From Ramazzottius varieornatus (lineage: Eukaryota > Animalia > Tardigrada): DNA of 64,000 nt. Under the pieces are notes generated by a model. That model searched no databases. It had not been told where the DNA came from and was given only the letters and a program-made list of their open reading frames with translations. Shown here piece after piece: positions 1-11,481 of this stretch. The position numbers and the translations under genes are program-made. Position 1 is the first letter of the stretch; every line of letters begins with the position of its first letter. The stretch covers positions 1,601,249 through 1,665,248 of the forward strand of contig BDGG01000005.1 of NCBI GenBank assembly GCA_001949185.1, in the 5' to 3' direction.

Positions 1-103
1 CAATACAGGAGCTGACTGGGCTTACCCGGGAATAACTGAACGGCTTCTAGAGGCTTGTTCTACGCAGTAGCAACGAAGGAGGGCGAACGCGGAGTCTTGG
101 AGG

Positions 104-540
104 TAGTGTTGTACATTACACGCAGATGGTCCGTGTGATGTGAAGTGTAATGTAAAATAGTGTAGTTGTAAAAGTGTGATTACATTTTACACTAGTTTAC
201 ATTTTACAGACCGAGCGGTTTTTAACGCCTGAAAGTGACAAGGAGCGACGAAAACGACGAACCAGCTATGTCTATGTTTGCATAGAATATAGATCTTAGT
301 AACTGTCTTCCAGACAAAGATAAGAATACGGTTGCAGAATGACCATACTCAGGAAGTCTTTGACATTTTTCTGCGTAAGTCAGCCGAATTTTAGATTTCT
401 GGCGGCAAAATACTCAAAAATACCGCAGATTCTGGCAGGTAAAAGTTGTAATTACGTTTTACATTTACATTACAACTTCCCCGTGGTTGCAATGTCGTGT
501 AAAAGTGAAATTGTAATGTAAAATGTAATGCTCATCACTA
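104..540. mobile_element. Non-autonomous hAT-type MITE
   Basis: Perfect 8-bp TSD CTTGGAGG at 96-103 and 541-548. Imperfect TIRs: TAGTGTTGTACATTAC vs reverse complement of the right end, TAGTGATGAGCATTAC. Subterminal TGTAAT/ATTACA repeats; no coding capacity. Confidence 0.85.
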
Positions 541-699
541 CTTGGAGGTAGGTGGTTGGCAAGCTTAGTTGAGTTCACAGTTACGGTATGCTTATCGCTT
601 ATCACGTTTTGTTGTTGACTTGTTGCAGTCGCGGTCGTCAAAACTCAATAGGCGCACGGTTTTCGTTGTGCTACTCATCAAAGAAAAGGACCTGGAAGA

Positions 700-2561
700 A
701 TGGCACTGGCCGGAAAAGTTGCATTGGTGACGGGAGCAACTCGCGGGATTGGAAAAGGAATTGCTTTACAGTTGGCTACTGCTGGAGCTACGGTCTATAT
801 TACAGGTTCGCTCGCAATCGTTTGCAACTGAAATCGTGGTCTGGACTCTAGATCCAAGATAGATGGTTGTGCATCGCATATTTATGACCATTGTTGTTTG
901 TGAGAATGTGGAAAGAATGGAACTTGACTTGTGTGTGGGCTGTGGGCAAAGCTCAGGTGACAGGTGGATCACCGTGGATGGGGTCATACCGTGGAGGCAA
1001 AGCTATTTCAAATTCAATCTGGGCAAGGGGACACCAAACTAAAGGGCGAGGGCAGCCAGATTAACAGCTGCGATCTCGCTGAAAGACCAAAACTCAGTGA
1101 GTCCCAACCCATACTTTTCCAGGTCGAACCCTCCAGTCACGAGAAGGCGCTCCTGCACCCGGAAGCCTGAACGAGACGGAAAAAGAGGTACTTCTGCACA
1201 AGATACGCTGTTGCATTTTGCATGTTTTCTTATGTAGAACAAAAAGTATTGCTTACGATTGCTATGGCAAAGCGCTATGTACAGCACTGGACAGTACATG
1301 CGGGTGTGCCTGACGGGTCTGTCATCTGTAACAGGAGTCTCTGCTTGTAGGTTGAGAATCGAGGTGGACGATGCATCGCAGTGGCTTGCGACCACTCTCG
1401 AGATTCGGACATCGATTCGCTCTTCGACCAAATCAACCGCGAACAGAATGGAAGGTTGGACATTTTGGGTACGTTTATGAATACTGTAGATCATCAGTAG
1501 CGTCATATGACCCATAATCATGATGATTTATTCGGACAGTGAACAACGCATATAGTGCTGTGGACGCTATCATGCAGAACTCTGGCAAGCCCTTCTGGAC
1601 GCTCCCGCCAACCTTTTGGGACGAGGTGAACAACGTCGGACTACGGTATGGTATATTCCTTCCCTATACGGTACTAGAAATCCGGTCGTTATTTTGACCA
1701 ATCAAGTTGAGCAGGAACCACTACATCTGCGCTGTGAAAGCTTCTCAAATGATGGTAGCCAGGAAGTCAGGCTTGATTGTGAATATTTCTTCTATGGGTG
1801 GACTGTTGTACCTCTTCACTCCCGCTTATGGAGTGGGGAAAACAGCGGTATGTTTTCCCGATTCTCCGAAGCACCTGTGGGTTGATGTTTTCCTTTATGG
1901 GACCTCACATCGGCCTAACATTTCTTCCTTTGTTTTGTAGTGTGATCGCATGGCTGCGGATTGTGCAATCGAACTGAAGAAGCAGAACGTTGCTTTTGTC
2001 AGTCTGTGGCCAGGCCCAGTGCAGACGGAACTCGTCAAGAAGAATATTCTGGAACCCATGCGACAGAACCAAGATCGGGCAGGACAAAGTGATAGCAATG
2101 TGGCGGAACATCGAGAGCAGTCTAGGACCACTGCTGTCCACCGGATGTTCGAGCAAGGTGAAACTCCAGAGTTCGCTGGAAAATGCATCGTCGCTCTAGC
2201 TCAAGGTAGTGCCTTGCGCATTCCTTCTTCTCTCTTAGCGTTGTTCGGTTCGTATCGGTACCGCAAGAATTTTGTTTCCTGCAGATGCTGGACTCATGAA
2301 GAAGACTGGCCGCGTTCTTACCACCGCGGACCTTGGTCAAGAGTACTCGCTGTGCGATGTCGACGGTAAGACCGTTACTAAGTTTTGTTTGCAAACCCAC
2401 TGAATAAACGTATCCCGACTTCTGCAGGTCGGAGCTACAGCGGTACTCGTAGCTTGAAGTACATCCTGCAGATCGTTGGTTGGACCAAAGCGTCAGAATA
2501 CGTTCCGTCCTTCATCGCCATCCCGAAATTTGTGTACAACGCTTACTATGGGCGTTTTTAA
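700..2561 (+). CDS. DHRS1: Short-chain dehydrogenase/reductase SDR family member 1-like (multi-exon)
   Basis: [20 protein letters not shown] (TGxxxGxG), LDILVNNAY, catalytic YxxxK (YGVGK), [12 protein letters not shown] and GETPEFAGK. Exons are joined by GT-AG introns; stop TAA at 2559-2561. Confidence 0.9.
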
Positions 2562-2824
2562 CTGAGAACGATGCTTGTAGGTTTGTCTTTTGATTGAAAA
2601 CTGGTTTGTTTTATACCGGTCGTTCAAGAAAGCGCTTTCCAGGTCGCTCTTTCAACTTATTCGTCTTTGAATGTATATATCATATCTCAATATCTGCCAT
2701 ATTTTCATTCAGTTTTATTCTTAGATACACTTTTCCTTGCCACTTGACATGTCTGGCCATCTGATGTTAACAAAAAAATCTTATGAGACGACTGTGAAGG
2801 CACCGCTATTCTTTCTCAAACTAA

Positions 2825-5317
2825 TCATCTGGTATCTTTTGCCAGCTTTTCGTGTCTCTTCTTGACGTGCTTGGGTACTTTATGCTGTCGCTTTTCTTTC
2901 TTTTCTTCCCTTACGGCCTTCTTCCTCTCCTGGAAGATCAAGACAGGTTATGATCATCGAGTCTCCAATCTGCACAAACTTGTCCGACTAAAATAATGAT
3001 GGCGCCTGGAAAAAAGCGTCGATATTTTACCTTCTTGGAATTCTGCGATTCATCCCGAGGACGAGCAGAACTGGCTGTCGTTTTCATGTTGGCTTCTTCG
3101 TTCTCGTTCTCCTCATCTTCCAGTTCTTCCGACGACTCTTCCTGTATCATAAAAACGAATAGAGCTTAATCCAACCTGCTTACATTACATCAGAAGTCCG
3201 TCAACTTCATTCGTCCACAGCACACACCTCTTCGAGTGCACCACCAGTCTTCACCGGCGCGACATTCTTGTACAGCAGATCTTCATCGTGTCCAGTCGTC
3301 ACTTTTCTCACATCTTTCTCCGCATCGATAACTTCGTTCAACTTCTGGGGAATGAACGATTTCTTAAAAACTTCTTCTGTGACTTTTTCCTGCTCCGTGA
3401 AGTCAGCGCCTCTAGACTGCGCTTCCTCGACCATTCTGTCCAGCATTTCTTCATCACCTTCTTTTCGTTCGGTGACTTGTACGACGTACTCGAAGAGTTC
3501 GCGAACGGTTAGCGTCAGTGCTCCAGCCTTCTGGAAGAAGCTAGTCATATTGGTACAATCCGTTCGAAGAAACTCCAGAGAATGCGGATGATCGTGCTCG
3601 ACTGACTGCGAAACGTCGATGATGCAAAGTTCACCTGGAAAATATGGTGAGTTAGTGTCTATAAATGGAGGCGCAGGCAAAACGTACAAGATCGTTATCA
3701 CAAGTGGCTCGCGCTTCCAGCCGAAAACAATGAAAATGTACGCCACATAAAATAATGATCTTCCAGGTTTAATTTACCAACCTCCTAAACAATTCAACCA
3801 GCGCAAACTCTTCTTTTACCTTTGTGGTAAAGGATGTTGAATTCACTCAAGTCAGCATGGACCAGTCGACAATCCCGGAACATTCTTCTCATCATTAAGC
3901 AGCAGCTTCTATACAGACGAACAGCTTCAGTCTCTGACAAGTCGACTTCTTTCAGCTTGGGAGAAGGCCAGCCATCCTCTCCCATAAATTCCATTATGAG
4001 CACATGACCCCGCAAAATGACTGGTTCCGGGACATTAACACCACCTTGGCGTAACCTTCATCAGCGAAATGTCAGGTCAACTGACTAGACGCGCGAGCCG
4101 AATATGAAACAAGAATCACCGACCTGGCCAAATTGCGCATTTCCTTCTCCGCCCATGTACGAACCATCTTCCGCGGATTATGCCGACTATAGCCGTGTCT
4201 CCAGCGAAATTCCCCACTGACATATTTGTCGCGATCCTTGAAGGTAAGGATGGACGTTTTGTAAATCTGCAAAAAGGATGAAAGCAGTGAGGCAACCGGA
4301 AGAAGGTGATGAGGAAGTTTCTGCCTGACAGATAATCGAAAAATATCGATTCCGAAACCAAAACCCAAGCAGAGACATTTTTCTGAATACTGAAATATTC
4401 AGACACAACAGGAACATCAATAAGCATACATTGGACACAAAGAATGAAAGGTCGACGTATGACGGATCACATTGCGCACGAACCAGCATGCATGCGCACT
4501 AGGACAGCTTCGGCGCTCCACGCATGCAGGTGTCTGATTTCTCTCTAACCGTCGACCCAGTATCCCATTGCGCAACGGCGAGCTACCGTTCAAACACACG
4601 CCTGACGTCAGCGATACATACATATTTAAGCCCGATGCCAAGATGTTCATAGTCAGTTTATGGTTGATATAGTGCGCGAAGGTTTAACATAAGTCACATA
4701 TCGTGGTTCTTCGATCGTTCGACGTACCTTGATAGCTAAATGCCTGTCATACGAATCCGTTGCGTGATAAACATTAGCTTCTTTCCCGGTACTGATACAG
4801 CCATCAATTCCCGTAATTGCATGCTTGTTAAGGAGCTTATACAGGATCATTCGAGTGCGAGGATCCAGGACTTGCTCGACTGTCGCGCGGTCCATCTTGT
4901 CTTTGACGCGCATTCGGTCGTTTTCCGCCTTCTTCATATTTGCTGTAATGAAAATTCCCATCAGACCATTCAAACCAGATTTTTGCACGAAACACCCGTA
5001 CCGTTCAAGGAATTCAGTGTGCTGCTAGACATCTTCGGGCCTTGGTAGTACGAAGCCAGTTCGAGGTTGTTGGAGAATCGATCCAGACTTCTGGGCTGGA
5101 AAGTTTTCGCTCCGGCAGTAGCTGACATGTCTCGCTGTCCTGTGCTGCTGTGCGAGAAATCCTTCGTTTCCAGTGAGTACTCGTTGTTGAAGAAGGAGTT
5201 CTCGTAGTCGTCTTCTCCGCTATCTGAGTAATCATCCGAAGAGCAAAGACCCTTCTCTGCTTCTAATTCAGGGAGCATCTTCTCGTCCAGGGTGTTGCTC
5301 AGTACATTGGTAGCCAT
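2825..5317 (-). CDS. RIOK1: Serine/threonine kinase RIO1 (multi-exon)
   Basis: [76 protein letters not shown] and a basic C-terminal tail ([12 protein letters not shown]). Confidence 0.95.
3667..3785. repeat. Intronic palindromic element, copy 1 of 10 (RIOK1 intron)
   Basis: ACAAGATCGTT..CAAGTGGCTCGCGCTTCCAGCC...GTACGCCAC..GATCTT matches the family consensus. Confidence 0.6.
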
Positions 5318-5564
5318 TCCTGGAAACAAGAAGACTCTCAAACCACACAGAGGACAAATATTCGACGCTGGGCTTCTCGGTGCAGTTCTGATAGACACGA
5401 CCAGGGTCACCAGACACCGACACGACCACAACGTTTCTGCCGGAAGTTCAGCAAATTTTGAGATTTGCGGTTTTGCGTCCCACCCAAGGGAGATTCGAAG
5501 AGTCACCACACTTTACGGTAGATCAGCATCAGACACTGACAGACAGCAGGTTGTCAGCACTCAG

Positions 5565-6168
5565 CAGGGTTGTTAACGGATGATCAGACAGTCATCCGGA
5601 TGGGATTAGATACCGATCCGGGTGGATCCGGAAAGCAGTCGGATGGATGGAACTTTCATCCGAATCGGTTGCCGATGGATGGGTCTTCTATCCGGATGAT
5701 CCGGATCTTGTCCGGATAAAAACTCGAAGCTTGGCTTAGAGACTTACAGATGACACAACGAATTATAATTCGTAGGTCCTAACATGCTGTGTTGCTGGAC
5801 AGCATAGACGATACAGTTTAATAATCCTCCGTCAACATAGTCTGCATGTACTCGAAAACTAAATCCCAAGACCTTAAATGACAAGACAGATTGCGTAAAC
5901 AAAACTACGCTCTAAAGACAAGCTTGTAGTGAGATTGCGAATTCCTGTCGGATTACCCGCTGGTGTTTTGGACTGTTTGATTGCGCGTTAGTAGTTTTGG
6001 TGCTATCCGGACAGGAAGCCGGATGGATGGAGAGCTCATCCGGATCCCATCCGGATGGATAGAATCTCTATCCGGTTAACAGCTGGATGGATAGAATACC
6101 TATCCAATCCAACTTTTATACGATTAATCCGGATCCATCCGATGTCGGATTGGATATTAACAACCCTA
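5565..6168. mobile_element. Non-autonomous hAT-type MITE with ATCCGGAT subterminal repeats
   Basis: TIRs CAGGGTTGTTAA / TTAACAACCCTA. 8-bp TSD GCACTCAG (5557-5564) / GCATTCAG (6169-6176). Dense ATCCGGAT/GGATGG clusters at both ends. Confidence 0.85.
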
Positions 6169-6628
6169 GCATTCAGCATAGTAATGCTGAGAAGGGTCCG
6201 AAAAATAATTCGAATTTCTGTTCTCCAACCTGCCGGGGTGATCTGCCTGTGCACATCAAAATGCACAGGTGTACACCACGCACGAAATCATTGAACCAGT
6301 CTGCGCGTTGTTTGATCGAAAAAGAACAAATAGTTTGCACGCATGTGCTCGTCAGACTGCGAAACCGCTGAGCTGTGGAAAAAAGGGCTGTACCAGGAGA
6401 CAAGCCGGGCCTGCCATCCATGAAAACCAACAATCAATCGTTGAGTAATGCGGAATATTGATTTCAATTCGAATAGATAACGCCATCATAACGCACTCTG
6501 CGTAAGTGTAATGTGATAAAACCTATCGTGGCAAAGCCTGGGTGGTTTGCGGCCAATCGTAAAAACGGTTTTTATTTTATGCGGTCGAACATTCCCACAC
6601 AAACACTGGCTGCAAAACGGCCACGCTA

Positions 6629-9250
6629 AGGTCGGGATCACAACAGGGAGGGGAGCACTCTCGTACAGAGAAATTTCTGAGCCGCTGCCCAGATCCCTTC
6701 CTAGAGAAAATCTTGAGCGATCTTCCGACTTCGGAAATCGTTTTGCATGTTTTGATTGACAGGATTTGCTCTTGGTCATCCCGCCATCGGGGATATTTTT
6801 CTTGATTGTCCGCACGCTACAGACCAACCCGCCCACCGTGGACCTTGGACTCTGACGTCAGCAGGCAAAAAATGAAATCTGTTGCGTGCGTGAAATGTAA
6901 AAGGTATCGGCACAGACGATATTTTTATCGGCCTTCTGGCATCTGACCTTCATGCTGCACGTTGGAAAACGATAGAGTCGAGACAACTTCTTTGTTGTCT
7001 TCTCCTATCGCAGCTGGAAAGTATGAAGAGTCGGCCAGGAAAAAACTGGAGAGAAGAGCCTCCATCAAACACAAGCGAAAACCGTCTCCTCAGTTTTCAA
7101 ATGCACCACAGTATTCTACAATAGCGTATACCGTAGTCGGACAAAACTAATAGGAAGCTGAGAGATGTCTTCCAGTTCTTCTCTGTATCCCGTGGATGTG
7201 AGGCATATTGCTCATCTATGGAAAGTGCTGGGTCAGTCGTTTTTTGGGTTCAATAAATATACTCTGACCACTCTAGCAGGTCGCCGTATGGCAATCGCGC
7301 ATCTGTGCCAGCGAAGTCCACGCACCATCCAGAACATCACTACGAACTGGGATTTGATAACTGGTCCACCGAGCGGAACTGCAGTCGAGAGCAACACCGT
7401 TCCGGAAGATGACGTAAATAAAACCTTGGACCCGGTTGTATGGGGTGTTACGTCGAATGGGCTTCCGATATCGGGATCGGTCGACTAAACACCTGTTTGG
7501 TGACCCAAGCCTCAAAGTCAGGCGCATCCGTTACATCCGAGCGGTTCGTCAGTTTCGACAGAAGAATGCCCTGATTGCCTTCCTGGATGAGACTTGGTTA
7601 TACGAGAACTACCAATTTCGCAAGAGTTGGATCGAACTCGACGAAGAAAAATCCACCGGCACAGCCGAAATCTTGTGCAAGGACTGCGGACAGTCGCATC
7701 CAAGTGGATGGGGAAAGCGTCTGGTCATTTTCGACGTGGTGACGGATAGGGGATTCTTTCCCGGATGTGGACTTATCTGGGAAGCCTCAAAGCACACTGG
7801 GGACTACCACGGGAATTTCAACTACCAAAACTAAGAGAAGCCAGTCTGTCAAATCACCAATCAAATTTTGTATGATCTGTTTTGATGGTCTTTTCATTCG
7901 GAAGAGATTTGCTCGTTGCACCAGGTCAATCAAGTGGCTTGATTTTGAGAAAATTAAAAAACAGTGGGTCAAAATTAAGTTTTTTGAGTATATCTCGCAA
8001 ACCATTGGTTAGATCTTTCCGGTCCGAGCAGACAAAATGAAGATGTCGACTGAGTCTTTCTGATTGTGAAAGAATTTGTGATGAAACTCTTACCGTGACG
8101 GAATGCCAATGCTTCAAGTTCTCGATGACGTCATGATAAATTTTGGCTGTTATGGTTTTAGGTTCATGAAGGAGGTGGTGGTTCCCCGTTTGAAAGAATT
8201 TGCTCGGCTCAACGGATATGACACGGATGTGATCGTGCTGGATAACGCAAGTTATCATTCCCGCTTGATGCCACAGTTCAGAAGACCCAAGAGAGTGAAG
8301 AAAGAAATCCAGCAGTGGCTGACTGACCATAGGATCGAGTTCGGTGCGCGGGAACTGGTGGCCGAGCTGTGGCAGAAGGTGACGGACTTTCTGAAAAATC
8401 ACGTGGGCGACAGGTACTACATGGATGACTATTTGAAGACCGAAGAAGGCATCGAGACAGTTCGTCTGCCGCACTACCACTGTGACTTCAACCCGATTGA
8501 AAAATGCTGGGCCCGCCGCAAAGGGTACGTCGCCAAGCAAAACACCACCAGTAAGCTGCCTGACCTGATCAAGCTGTGGGAAGAATCTGCTGATATATTC
8601 AAGCCAGAAGACTTCCCCAAGCTCTTCGCCCATTGCATCAAGCTTGAGGATGACTACTGGGATATCGACACAAAGGAAGACCGCATTGAGGCAGTTGGTG
8701 ACGAGCAAGCCGATGAGGACGCTGCTGAAGAGGGCGGAGACCTGGAGCCCCTGGATCAAGATCTTGACGATAACAATGACCTAGCTTTGCTTCCGTTTTA
8801 GTGTCTTTACCGTGTCCCGCTTGATTACGAAATTCGTCCCACGCCCGAAATACTTTGTAGATTCAAAGGAAATGATTATCCCTCATTACCATAAATTAGC
8901 CGAACCCTTATTACAACGTAGAACTTTTCCTGTAAAGACTGCGGACGGCTTGGGCGCTTGCTGTGGTACCCGATGTAAAACGCGGAAGTATGGGACAAAA
9001 CTTTCAAAACAGGTTGACTGACGTCAGAGTCCAAGGTCCACGGTGGGCGGGTTGGTCTGTAGCGTGCGGACAATCAAGAAAAATATCCCCGATGGCGGGA
9101 TGACCAAGAGCAAATCCTGTCAATCAAAACATGCAAAACGATTTCCGAAGTCGGAAGATCGCTCAAGATTTTCTCTAGGAAGGGATCTGGGCAGCGGCTC
9201 AGAAATTTCTCTGTACGAGAGTGCTCCCCTCCCTGTTGTGATTCCGACCT
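6629..9250 (+). mobile_element. IS630-Tc1-mariner DNA transposon, Sailor-like (DD85E), with 233-bp TIRs
   Basis: TIRs 6629-6861 and 9018-9250 are near-identical, with TA on both flanks. Transposase motifs FLDETW, GKRLVIF, DYHGNFN, IVLDNASYHS and LPHYHCDFNPIE; 85 residues separate the second D and the E. Confidence 0.9.
7165..8801 (+). pseudogene. Sailor-like transposase, disrupted
   Basis: ORF pieces 7165-7488, 7436-7834 and 8162-8801 lie in different frames. There is an in-frame TAA at 7832-7834 and no clean donor for the acceptor at 8161. Confidence 0.75.
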
Positions 9251-11174
9251 TAGATTGTTACAGATTCCGCTATATTTCGCATTACTTAGTCATTGATTGT
9301 TGTTCTTGTGGATGGCAGGCTCGTACTGCTTCCCGGTGCGTCTGATGGTCTGAGTGATCCGACATCCACGCTGATCTGCTAGACTCACTAATTTTCGGGA
9401 CTGACAGAGTGGGACGACTGCTAAGTTATGATGGCTCTCAGCCTAAATAACTCCGTCCAACTCCGGGTGCCTGTGTCATGTTATAGATTCTCACCAGGGT
9501 TCGTAATGAAGGGCTTGGTGGTGGACGGACTCATGTTGAGAGAATATGTTGAGGCCATTGAGCAGAATATTAAGGAGGGTACTTGCATTGGTTTGCGTTG
9601 TATGTAGCTGGATCGAGTGGCGTACGTGGAAAGGCAGTGCGACGAGGTGGTGTTGAGTGTACGATGTAAGAAGTTTATTGAGAGCCAATGAGCTTCGTGT
9701 TGGCTTGGTAAAGGCAGGGATATTTTCAGTGGTAGATGGAAGAAAGCGAAGGAGAGAAGGTCGGTCGTGTCGTCTGCTTTGGTGGAAGTTATTGTGCGGA
9801 AGTTGACTGTACGCTTGGCCGACTTTAGATAGGATTGCTCAGTATGATGTTGATGACTAGGCTGGGAAGAATGGCTGTAAATACTGATAAGGGTTCAAAA
9901 TCTCGAGAGAAGGAGATTAAGGATCCAAGTGCGCCGCCATCGCTGAGCCAAGCTTGTGACTGAGCTTGGCGAGAGAGTGAACGGAATGTGCTCGTGAGAA
10001 TGAAGCCACGGCGACGTAGCTTTCATTTTGCTCATTTTCCGTTGTCTATGCCATGGACGACGGCGTACGAAGCTTGTCTGCATATATGCGCTGACGGCGT
10101 TTATTCCCGTTTCGTTGCTGCTAGTATCATACTTTTGGTGTACGAGGAGAGAGGCCCAGCTTTTTTAACGAGCTTACTTTGCTAAGCCAAATTCTGAAGG
10201 TAGTGCTGCGAATCTAAACTACAACCAGTTAGCGCAGTTAGCGGCTGAGCAGAAGTTAGCCAAGTTTTAGCCAGTTAGCATTCACAGTTCAGTTTAGGCC
10301 TTGATTCAGTGATCGGCAAGTCCACCGAGAGATTCAGATAAATCTGTCAAAGCAATGCGTTTTCGCTCGGAAGTTAGCAAAGTTGTAGCCGTTCCGTTTT
10401 TGGATGAAAACGGCTGTGTTGCGTCATCATTAACCCTGAGCACACTTTCAGAAATGTTCCATTCTGCTCGGTTCGACACATATGTGCTTTATCTGGCTTG
10501 ACTTGTTCTGCCCTCTGTAGAGAGAGTGCTTCCTAATATCGGATGCCATCTTCGAATGGCTTCCACTCTGCAATTTCTCTCGTCACGATCTTCCAATGTT
10601 CCCAACTTCTGTCTGCCGCAGAATGAAGCAAGGTTGTGGGAGATACTTGTGAATTAATTTGTAATTTCAGGATCTGATGGCTTTTGAGAAATTCGTTAGT
10701 TAGAAAAGTAGTAACCAGTTTGGCGACTTAGAAAAGTTGGGTCTTGCTCCTCGTACCTGAGAAGTATCCTGTTGTTCGGACAGGAATCATTGAATCAAAG
10801 CTCGTACGATTGGCAAAATTCGCAAGTTGGCTGAATTCGCTCCGCAAAGCTCGCAAAATTCGAAAGACATGACTTGCCTCATTGAGTCCAGAAATTGAAA
10901 CGGACTTTCTATGTGCACGAGGGGGCAAACCTTGTGACCATGGCCAATGACGTACCGTTTTTTGTCGTTGACTCTTTAGTTGATCGTGAAGATATAACGA
11001 TGCTACTGATCTTGATGGGCTGACCACTGGTAGATGACCACTGGTAGAAGTATCTGCGACACGAAGCCCGGGAGAAACAAAGTGTACGGAGGCGCAAAGC
11101 AGGTCGGCAAATTGGGTAGCTACCCAATTTGCCGATCAGTCAGAAATCAAGCTGTGGTTGATTTGAACCGCTAG

Positions 11175-11280
11175 CATGTCGTGTCATGTCATGTCATATC
11201 ATATAGCATGAGAGGCCACGCCCTTCGGGGCATTACATGACATGACATGACAAGCAACATGACACAATATACGACATGAC
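11175..11280. repeat. Inverted pentamer repeat cluster (TGTCA)n ... (TGACA)n
   Basis: GTGTCATGTCATGTCAT followed ~40 bp later by CATGACATGACATGAC and further CATGAC units. Confidence 0.6.
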
Positions 11281-11481
11281 CAAAAACATGTAAGGTAAAT
11301 CAGAGAAAATCCGTGAAAATCGGGAGGTCTAAACAAACTTCCGATTTTCGACGTGTTCCTTCGCAACCTGCCAGTTCCGTTGAATTCGTGAAATTTGTAC
11401 ATAATCCCTGCGTTGTCTTTTCGTAGTTAGATAACTTCGATTCAGTTCGACTTCGTTTGACTTGGCTCGACTGACCGCGTA

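Noticed and set aside
7926-8759. 277-aa minus-strand ORF, and similar long antisense ORFs over NPEPL1, NAE1 and XPC
   Set aside because: These are antisense shadows of real coding exons.
9491-9900. Possible LINE ORF1 remnant on the minus strand
   Set aside because: Only compositional skew; no zinc knuckle, endonuclease or RT motif recognised.
10201-10400. hAT-like left end TAGTGCTG with GTTAGC repeats
   Set aside because: No matching right TIR or TSD found.
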